From assembly GCA_043228905.1 (NCBI GenBank), contig JBHGNT010000017.1:5766001-5830000 (forward strand): a stretch of 64,000 bases of DNA, in the 5' to 3' direction. This stretch comes from Azolla caroliniana (taxonomy: Eukaryota; Plantae; Polypodiophyta). A model generated the notes under the pieces. That model did not search any database, was not told the DNA's origin, and saw only the letters and a program-made list of their open reading frames with translations. Both the position numbers and the translations under genes were made by a program. Positions 9,058 through 18,917 of the stretch are shown in pieces; within the stretch, counting starts at the first letter, position 1, and each line of letters starts with the position of its first letter.

Positions 9058-11838
9058 ATGAGTGAAGATTCACCGTTCTCGATTGAAGAATATTGTTTGT
9101 CATCAGACCCATCGTTTTCTACTGAAGAGTATTGTTTATCAACAGAGTCACCATATTCGATTGAAGAATATTGTCTTTCGACCGACTCACCATATTCTAT
9201 CGAAGAATATTGTCTGAGCTCATCTACAGGGAATGCAAATAATGACACATGTGAAGAGTTCTCTATTGAAGAATACGATATTAATAAAGATACCGGGAAT
9301 GAAGGAAGTGCCCAGGAAACATTGAATAACATTGGCGATGGTCAGAACAGAGAATTAGACTGTAACAAGGTTACACCAACCTCTATGCAGGAAGAGAAAT
9401 CTGGGAGCCCTATGCATATTAGAAGAATCCCACGAAGAATTCGTCTGGCTAGATTTAGCTTGGTGACATCAGATAAACAGATTGGATTTGATGTCAACAA
9501 AATATGTTGTGCCCGTGGTTGTATGTCTATGATTGGAAAATCAAAGTTGCGAGAATTAAGGCGATACTATTTTTCGATGACCGGTGATGAGCAAGACACT
9601 TACCTCGGATCACATATGCAACTAGTATCTGACAAATGTACGGGGATCAAAGTATCATTCGAGTATTATATCTTCCATGCGCAACAAATATGTAGAGTTG
9701 CATTCAAAATTGTGTTATGTGTTAGTAACATGCGGCTACATAGAGTACAACAACGTCTACTTAGCGGGGATCAGATGCTCAATTGTAAAGAGGTTCCAAG
9801 TATGAAAGGTGCAATTGGAAGACTAGCTATTGGCTGGATGAAAACTTACTTTCAGTTAAATTGTGAAGTAATGCCCACTACAGGTAGGATGCATCTTTCT
9901 GATAATTATACCCGTCGGGAAGTTTATGATGTCTATCGATCTGAAATGTTGGGCTCACGTAATAAGTCTATCACCTATAGCCAATTCACAAGATTATGGA
10001 GAGCTCGGTTTTCAAATGTTATTATTCCTCGTAAAGTACGTATGGGTTATTGCTCCATTTGTGCAAATCTTAAAAGTTTGGCTAAAGGTGCAAAGACATC
10101 AATGGAAAAGGATACGAGTAAGAAGTTACTACAAGAGCATCGTGAGGCACAATCCTTAGAACGAAGGAAGGCGATGCATCATAGAGAGAAGTGTTTGAAG
10201 AGGCCTGAACAATACATGTGCGTAATGATAGATGGCATGGACCAGAAGAAGACATGCTTGCCGCATATGCGGAGGCTCCCCAAAGATGTCAATGATGAGT
10301 GCCTTGTTCAAATGCACTTGGTGGGATGCTTGGCTTATAATAGGTCTGTTCGACCTCACGTCTTCATTACTTACCCCAATGTTCACAATGACCCTAACCT
10401 AACAGTTACAGTGATTCACCGAGTTTTGATGTCTTGGGGACAACCTTTCCCCCCTGTTCTATACATTCAATTGGACAATACTGCTAGAGAGAACAAAAAT
10501 TCAACTGTATTTGGCTATCTAAGTATGTTGGTCAACCTAGAATTGTTTAGGAAAGTGAAAGTCAATTTCCTTTTGGTTGGCCACACACATGACCATATAG
10601 ATCAGATGTTTAGCACATTCTCCAGATAGTTGTCTCGGCATGATGCTTTCACTTTACCTAAACTATTTGATGTCATTTGTGATGCATATACACCACGCCC
10701 AAAAGTGTTACACTTGAAGGAGGTATATGACTTTAAGAGATATATATTAGATGGGGGTGGTGGGAATGTTAAAGTGCTTGCTCAGTTAAACAATATAAGT
10801 TTCAATCACATTTTTTTGATAAAGAAAAATGGAATAAGTGGTTCTACACTTTTGTATGCTAAACAATATTCATCTTCTACAACATGGGAACCTGAAGGTG
10901 GTTGCCAGTTATTACTTTGTATGCCGAGTACAATTGTCCATGGAGCTAAGCAAATGCCAATTGAGAAGAAAGGACAGTTGCAGAGCGACTTGGTATTAGA
11001 ACAAAAACGGTCATGGCTCCAAGCCTTAGAAGAAAAAAGAAAACATATTGAGGCCGCCAAGAAATATGCCGCACAACAAGACACGTCATGGTGGGATGTA
11101 TTTTATAGTGATCAGAAAGAAATTATAGACAATTGTGTATCTGTTGATAATTGGAATTTGGAAACGCCATTCACATGGTCGCTGCAACATGATCGCGTAA
11201 ATAGAAGTCCGGAGCGACTAGTAAATGCGATTAATGACAGCTTGGTCCATCCACAACAAAGAGACATTTATGTGGGACCAAGGATGACCAAAGCAGCCGA
11301 AGCTAGATGGCAAGGAAATTTGCAAGAGCTCACCGCGGGGATGTTGATTGCAACGCCGGCTGATGAGAACTCACATGGCCACCAATTTTGGGTTGGTAAA
11401 ATTCTAGAAGTGCTAATGCATGAAATAGATAACACGATCAAGTCTATAAATGTTCATTGGTACAACACTAGAAGTGCAAATGCTTTTACAGGTAAGTATA
11501 CATTGGAGATGATTGAATGCCAAACAAGAAGGGGAGGTAGGAAGAGGAAGCGAAACATTCGTAACACCTCGACCCTTGATATCTCTGATGTGGATATCAT
11601 CGTGTACGACTTCACACTTACAAAAGCCGGACGATTAAGGAAGTCAACAATAGATATAATAAAAGAAAAATTACCAGGTCTACAAGGTGGCTCGAGTCAA
11701 AGGCAAACGAGATCTGCTACATATAATCTAGAGTCAAACCATTTGGTTTATGACGAAGATAATGCACTGATTGGTACATCCGAGGATGATGAGGAGGAAT
11801 CGTCATTGTATATTAGTTATAGTAGTGATTCTCCGTAA
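9058..11838 (+). CDS. Sola1-like / DUF7869-type DDD transposase (~926 codons; one in-frame TAG at 10627-10629)
   Basis: ORFs 9058..10629 and 10630..11838 are in one frame. Cys-rich N-region (CCARGC, CRVAF, CSIC..H). Candidate catalytic triad MIDGMDQ / LYIQLDNTARENKN / FLLVGHTHDHIDQMFS. Lies between TIRs with a 4-bp TSD. Confidence 0.8.
9070..9225 (+). repeat. Four ~39-bp coding tandem repeats (P[FY]SIEEYCLSx[DE]) at the transposase N-terminus
   Basis: Visible in the translation; a fifth partial FSIEEY follows. Confidence 0.85.
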
Positions 11839-12160
11839 AGGAGTGATCATGAATGTATATTTGGCTATTAAGTGTAACTACATTCCGCTTGTAACAAATC
11901 GAGTAATATAAAATCATGTGTTTTGAATTCTTATGATTTCCCAAAAATCGTTTCTTATAAAATAACATTGGTTGTAAAGTTTGTGATATAAATTGAGAAT
12001 GTATGTTTTTGAAATTCGTCTTTTTTTAGTTACTTCTAAATCACGAAAATAGTGGATTTTTAACCTTTTTCATAGTATGTTTGAACTTGTATGATACTGG
12101 TATCAATGTGTTTTGTAAAATCATTGAAAAACCCCTAAAATTTCCCTTCTCCTTCCATTT

Positions 12161-12196
12161 ATGCGCGATCCTTCCACTTGTGAACGCGAACGTGTT
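12161..12196 (-). repeat. Right terminal inverted repeat
   Basis: Reverse complement of 3004-3039; followed by TGTG. Confidence 0.92.
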
Positions 12197-12842
12197 TGTG
12201 GGTGTATCTTGATTCTATTCTATTCTATGTTTATGTACTATTCTTCCTCTTCTCCTCTTGAGCTAAGCTTCGATTTTGTGTCTTATTCCTTCTCCTCTAC
12301 TCCCTCGTCCGAGACCTCCGTGGTCCTGCCCCTTCTACACGCAAGCGCATAATAATGCGACATAATTTGGTGAACCCGACATGAAGAGGCGGCAAGGGAG
12401 GACAGAGATGGAAGACGAAGACTTTGACTTTGCAGAGATGATGGCGAAGATTGTAATGGATGCCCGACGGAAGAAGGCGAGGCAAGATGCGGCTCAACAA
12501 GCCATCGAGAGGGTGGTTGATCGAGTCAGCCGATTCAACGGGGACGAAGTCTCGAGGTTCTTGGAAGCGTACAAAGCCGAGATGACGAGGAGGGGCGTGG
12601 ACGAAGTGATGTGTCTAGAATATTTTCATTGAGTGGCGGCCGTATCGATGCACAAAGAGGTCAAGGAGCTTCAAGAAGCTCACGAGTCATGGGAGTCCTT
12701 TGAGGGAGCTCTATTGGAGATGTACGGATACGCGAAACCGGAGTGGGTATGCCGGCAACCCGATGGGGAGCGGTCGGCAACAACGTGACCCGCAAGAGGC
12801 GAAGAAGAGAGGGCAATGAACGGCGGAGAAGAGAGGGCAGTG
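12197..12842 (+). mobile_element. 3' part of the interrupted LTR, tRNA-Trp-type PBS and degenerate gag
   Basis: PBS TGGTGAACCCGAC at 12368-12380. Gag-like ORF 12381..12632 (RFNGDEVSRFLEAY) continues past a stop (HESWESFEGALL). Confidence 0.7.
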
Positions 12843-13835
12843 GCCTTTGTTCCTGGTCTTGCCGGCCGCCTCCATTGCGTGCTGACCCGCCTCGTCCACC
12901 ACGCCCACGGAACCGATCTGCTTCCGTGTACAGCATCTGGTTGTCAATGGGTGCGCTAGTTGACGCACCGGCGTGGTTCTCCTCTACAAGGAGCATCGAC
13001 TGTAAGTCGAAAAATGATGGTGTATTCTCCCTTGTACATACCGTCGTTCGGAACGCTCTGAACTTAGACACCAGGCCCCCAAGACAGACCTGTACCATCT
13101 CGTCTTCCTCTACGGTAACGTTGATAGAGGCAAGCGAGTCACAGATCTCTTTGATCCGGGCCGTGTAAACTACCACCGACATGTCCTTTTGTCGGACATT
13201 GCTCAACTCCTGTCGGAGTTGCAGCTTCTAGGTTGTAGTGCTCGCGGCGAGAACATTCTTCAGGTTTCCCCAAGCCTCCTTTAGCATCTTGGCATCTCGG
13301 ATGTGGCTCAGCAGCTGGTGTCCGACACTGGACGCGAAGCAGTACATCACTCTGCTTGTCGATTGTTCCCACACTGGGAAATCCTTGTGTGCCACATCAC
13401 GTGCTGTTTCGTTGGCTCCTTCGACGAAACTCCAGTAGCCATGCCCAAGCAGGTACTGGTGCATCTTGTACGACCAAGATGCGTAGTTGGATCTGTCGAG
13501 TTTCTCCACAAGGAGCGAGCTAGCCATTCCTCTATCCATCACTTCTTTGTCTGTTAGGGTTTGCTTTCAAGCGTTTGTTGGCTGTTGAGGTTCTCAACCC
13601 TCGTGCTCTTATACCATGTAAACAATTACTTGCGGAAGCGTTAGAAAACAGAGAAAGTAGAGAATAAACAGAGTACACGGGAGAGACAGAGAGAGCAGAA
13701 CCTCAAAGCTATATTCAAAAATATATAAAACACTCTGTTGCTTGCCGGCTCGGTTGCTCACGGCTTACCGATTCGTCTCACTTGCCGGCTCAGGCTTATT
13801 CAGCCGATCCGGCTCCAGTTGAGCTTGCCGCTCAA
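12843..13835 (-). mobile_element. Truncated Ty1/copia fragment (partial LTR, Met PBS, gag)
   Basis: Gag motifs EKLDRSNYASWSYKM and IKEICDSLASINV. PBS TGGTATAAGAGC at 13605-13616 next to an LTR edge at 13617. Same family as the 51829-57732 element. Confidence 0.85.
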
Positions 13836-16800
13836 CACAAAGCATCGGCCATACGATTGTCCCATTGACCTCCAACCAGGAAAAGAGCCGTCGTGGGGTC
13901 CGATCTACAATCTATTACCAACTGAGCTTGAGGTTCTTCGAGAATACATTGAGGAGAATCTTGCACATCGGTTTATTCGACATTCAAAATCTCCAGCCGG
14001 TGCTCCTATATTTTTTGTGAAGAAAAAGGATGGATCGCTTCATTTGGTCATGGACTATCAAGGATTAAATAAAGTCACCATAAGAAATAGGCATGCTCTT
14101 CCTTTAATCTCCAGTCTTTTGGTGCGCATTGGTGGGGCAAAACATTTTACAAAGATTGATTTAAGGGGTGCATATAATCTTGTTAGCATTCAACCGGGAG
14201 ATGAGTGAAAAAAGGCATTTCGCACTCAGTATGGTCATTTCGCGTATACAGTCATGCCTTTCAGGCTCACAAATGCACCCGTCGTTTTTCAACATATGGC
14301 AAATGACATTTTCTAGGATTTTCTGGATATCTTTCTGATAATCTATTTAGATGATATGTTGATTTACTCTAAAACACAGGAGGAGCATGATATACATGTC
14401 CAGAAAGTACTTGAATGCTTAAGAAAGTATGGTTTGTATGCCAAACTTAAGAAGTGCAGTTTTGACAACGAAGAAGTCGAATTCTTGGGTTATACTATTT
14501 CATCGAAGGGTAACTTCATGGATCCAGCAAAAGTCAAAACAATATTGGAATGGCAACCCCCACGTTCTGTTCTAGACGTTCAATGTTTCCTCGGGTTTGC
14601 TAATTTCTATCGCAAATTGATACGAAATTATTCAAAGATTGTGTTGCCTCTCACCCAATTCACCAAGAATAATCAAGCGTTTGTTTGGACTATTGATCCC
14701 AAAAAGGCATTTACCATTGAATTGGATGCGTCAGACTTTGCATTGGGGAGTATCCTATCCCAACCAGGCAAGGACGGGCAGTCTCATCCAGTCGCATTTC
14801 ACTCGAGAAAATTTACTACTGCGGAGATAAACTATGAGGTGCATGACAAGGAGTTAGTAGTTCTAGTTGACTCTTTCGAGCAATGGCGACATTTCTTGGA
14901 AGGATCGCCTCATCAAATAATCATTTATAGTGATCACAAAAATCTTACGTATTTTCAAACGGCTCGAGTGTTAAATAGGAGACAAGCTTGGTGGGCACAG
15001 TTTCTAACTCGTTTTGATTTCAAGATCATTTTCCGCCCTGGGAAGCAACAAGGAAAGCCAGATGCTCTATCTCGACGGTCATATCTCGCACCTCGTCCTG
15101 GAGATCCGGCCTTCGACAACCAAAAGCAAATTCTACTAGGACCATCAAAGCTACAAGCAACAACAGTTTATGCGACGCCGCTTGATTCACACCTTGTTGA
15201 TACTATTCGGCAACAACTTCACTCTGATGATTTCGCTAAGGATGTCTCAGCCCACATTAGTCCAAGCCACGCATCTTGCTCCACATTGCAAGATTCGTCT
15301 CAACATTATCAAGAATTCAAGTGGCAAGATGGCTTACTCTTTTACAAGAATCTCCTTTACGTCCCTGATGGATCACCCCGCTTTCAAGTATTACAGCATT
15401 GTCATGATGCCCCTATGGCTAGACATTTTGGTATTGCCAAAACCATGGAGTTGGTGAAGCACTCGTTTTGGTGGCCTCATTTGCAAAAATTTGTCGAAGA
15501 TTTTGTTCGTACATGTGACACTTGTTGTCAAGCCAAAATACCCAAGCATCATCCTTATGGCTTGTTACAACCATTACCGCCTCCAACCAAGCCATGGCAG
15601 TCTATTTCTATGGATTTCATTACAGATTGTCCACCTTCAAAAGGATTTGATACCATTTTAACAGTAGTGGATCGGTTTACCAAGATAACACATTTTTTAC
15701 CATGTGTAAAGAGTATCAATAGTTAGGAAACCGCAGATATCGTTATGCGTGAAGTATTTTGCCATCATGGTCTTCTAGACGATATAATTACTGATCGTGG
15801 TCCTCAATTTATCTCTCACTTTTGGAAGCACCTATGGGTAGGCCTCAAAATCTCCTGCAAACTATCTTCGGCTTATCATTCACAAACCGACGGACAAACA
15901 AAGCGCACAAATCAAACGCTCGAGCAATATCTTCAATGCTTCATCAGTTATCAACAACATGATTGGAGCAATATTCTACATCTTGTTGAGTTTGCATACA
16001 ATAACACGGTACACTCTTCTACCAAGGTTACACCTTTCTTTGCCTACACCAGTAACCATCCTCAATGGTGTATCTTGGATCTTCCCAAGGTTGCACGAAA
16101 CCCTAGTGCTGAGCATCATCTTCATCGACTACATTGAATCCAGTTAACGTTATCTTCACATCTTCAGATAGCTCAAGCACAACATAAGACCAACGTTGAT
16201 CGCCATCGTCTTAAGTCTTCTTTTAAGGTTGGTGACCAAGTATGGTTGCTTCGTCGTCACATCAAGACTACCCGACCATGTGAGAATCTCGAATATCAGC
16301 GTTTAGGTCCTTTTCTCACCACTGCGCGTATTAATGATGCCACCTTTCTTCTTAATCTTCCAGCACACATGCGGCTTCACCCAGTCTTTCATAGCTCTCT
16401 TTTGGAACCTTGTCGCACCTCTTCTATTCCTAATTGTGTCGTACCACCTCCGCCCTCTGTCCAACATGTTGATGGCCCTGAATACGAGGTAGATGCTATT
16501 CTTGATTCGAAGATTGTGCAGAATAAGCCCTATTATCTGGTTGATTGGGTTGGCTATCCTATGAGTGATGCACTTGGGAACCCGTCAATAATGTTTCTAA
16601 TGCTCAAGCTCTTGTCAAAGACATCCATCGCCGTTATCCAAACAAACCGGGCCTTACATTGTTAACAACGACTTCCACTCGTCGTTCTCGAAAGGGAGAT
16701 AGTGTCATGAATATTCATCGTTCTCGAAGGGGAGATAGTGTCATGAATACATAAGCATCATGGCTTCACTTGGGCTTGAACCCAAGACCTTGTAATACAT

Positions 16801-17187
16801 AATCAAGAACCTAACCATTAGGATAATCATAAAATAATAAAAGCTACTTCTTGTAATTGATTGATTATTGTAAATGTTCTGGAACATTCTAGAACATTCT
16901 AGAATATCCTAGAATATCCTAGAACATCTTAGAATATTCTAGGTCTAGAACATTCTAGAACATTATAGAAATCACTAGGCTATTCCATAGGAACCTATAA
17001 ATATGGACATACAATTCTTCTCAAACCAATTCGAATCAACACCAGTCTTAAGCTTTCGTCACCTTTCTTGTATCCATCATCATTCTATCTTACTAATACA
17101 TTCATTCTTCTCTTATCCATCTTCATTCTTCTCGTGATCTCTTTACATCTTTCATCTACCACTCTATCATTTCTCTTGGTTCTGACA
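13836..17187 (+). mobile_element. Degenerate Ty3/gypsy chromovirus: RT, RNase H, integrase, chromodomain, PPT and 3' LTR
   Basis: KIDLRGAYNL, YLDDML, ELDASDFALG, NYEVHDKEL, integrase HHCC, ISMDFIT, ITDRGPQF, chromodomain EYEVDAILDS..YLVDWVGY. PPT AAGGGGAGATAG (locally duplicated). LTR ~16739-17187. Several stops. Confidence 0.93.
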
Positions 17188-17775
17188 TATGATTGCCGAT
17201 TTCTGTGGTACTTGATTTCGGGGTCCATGAAATGCTTTAGCAATCTCTGGCACTCATAGTTGTTGAAGCATGCCCCCAAGTACCTTCCTCCTCTATCCTC
17301 ATCCCTCATGGAAACACTATGTCAATGTCATGTCTCTTGCGTAAGTGTGTTTCCATGTAGCCCAACCCTATACAACCAGTTTGGGACCTCACAATCTAGT
17401 GTTGAGAGTATGTGTTAGATTTGTCAGACCATATTTACAAGAAAATTGAGCTAATACAATGAACTACATCAACCTATCATTTGGAGGAGCATCTTCCTCA
17501 AATGATGCCATGCCATGTATGGGGTGAATTCAAGGTGGAGAAACCACCATTGCCTAGTCCAACCTCTCTCCACCCGCAAACATATCGGATGTACAACTCC
17601 AAAATCTTCTAGCGAAAACCCTGGAAACAAATCATCGGTAACCATACATGCATCACTAATCATTACCACTAGCTATCAAAATTTATTCGTGACATACCTC
17701 CCTTCACTCGGATATATGTCACCGTTATTGCAATCAAACCACTCTTTGTACTTGGACCTAACAACCATCTACATG

Positions 17776-17961
17776 ATCAAGCAAAAGCAAAAATCTAAAA
17801 TCAACCAAAACCTAAAGCCCAAATCAAGCAAAAGAAATAATAAAAAATCAACCAAACCCTAAATAAAAAATCAAACATTTTCTGAAATCAATAATCAAGC
17901 ACACCCAATATTATCTTTAATCAAGCAAAAGCAAAAATCTAAAATCAACCAAAACCTAAAG
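17776..17961. repeat. Direct repeat ATCAAGCAAAAGCAAAAATCTAAAATCAACCAAAACCTAAAG x2
   Basis: Copies at ~17776 and ~17920. Confidence 0.75.
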
Positions 17962-18227
17962 TTAACCCTAAATCAAGCAAAGGAAATCAAGGACACCCTA
18001 TTCGGTTTCGGAACCATTTTCATGAAAAATATGATTTACAGCAAAACAACTTGTAGAAAAAGTAGAAACAAATAAAATACATACCTAGGAATTAAGTAGG
18101 TGGTGATGGCATATGTGACGAATGCACACAATCGACAATGGTCTGGCGGAAAACCTTTTTCTTGGCAAAAAACCCAGACAATCTCGTTTAAAAATGTGAG
18201 AAATGATAAGTCTCAGGGTTTCATACA

Positions 18228-18440
18228 TTAGGTTGGGCGACCACAATACTTACTTGGTGGCTAGGGTCGGTTGGGCACCTGCTTTGTCTGTTGGATTAGG
18301 TAGTTAGAAGACTGAATAGTGGTCGGGCGACCACATAAGGTAGGTTGGATGACCACATTAGGCAGGATGGGTGACCACATTAGGTAGTTGGGAAACTGAA
18401 TAGTGGTTGGGCAACCAAAGTGTCAGAGTTGAGCGACCTC
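18228..18440. repeat. Cluster of GGTTGGGCGACCAC-like short repeats (possible subterminal repeats of a DNA transposon relic)
   Basis: About eight degenerate copies visible. Confidence 0.55.
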
Positions 18441-18551
18441 TGACAGCTTTTTTATTCGCGCATTGTTTCTTAATCCCAAATCGGAAGGTGCAGATTGCAC
18501 GCGCCCTCAGATTGAGCGACTTGCACTGTCCGTAGCCACGATTCCCACGCC

Positions 18552-18672
18552 AAGAAGGCCTCTATATGATTTGGTAGCGGATAGGCACGTCTAAGAAGGC
18601 CTCTTTATGATTTGGTAGCAGATAAACACGTCCAAGAAGGCCTCTTTATGATTTGGTAGCAGATAGACACGT
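18552..18672. repeat. 41-bp tandem repeat x3 (AAGAAGGCCTCTTTATGATTTGGTAGCAGATAGACACGTC)
   Basis: Directly visible; followed by an (ATGT)n microsatellite. Confidence 0.9.
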
Positions 18673-18917
18673 CTATGTATGTATAATGTATAATGTATAA
18701 TGTATGTATGTATGTATGTATGTATGCATACATATTAAAACTATGTATATGTATTATGCAGTAGTAGTTGTACAGAGAGATTTAAAAGTGTGAGACTCTG
18801 TCTGTCTGCTTATCGGTTAGGAATGATGGTAGGAGCAAAGCAAGCAGCAGCAGCAGCAGCAGCCTGCCTCCCAGCCTTAACCCATGAGAGTGGCTACCAT
18901 TTTCTGTGCCGAGTAGC

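Larger units (their letters stand above)
3004..12196. mobile_element. 9,193-bp TIR DNA transposon (Sola-like) carrying a transposase and a ParB-DNA methyltransferase gene
   Basis: 36-bp TIRs at 3004-3039 (AACACGTTCGCGTTCACAAGTGGAAGGATTGCGCAT) and 12161-12196 (ATGCGCGATCCTTCCACTTGTGAACGCGAACGTGTT), 35/36 complementary. 4-bp TSD TGTG at 3000-3003 and 12197-12200. Internal transposase-like ORF. Confidence 0.9.
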
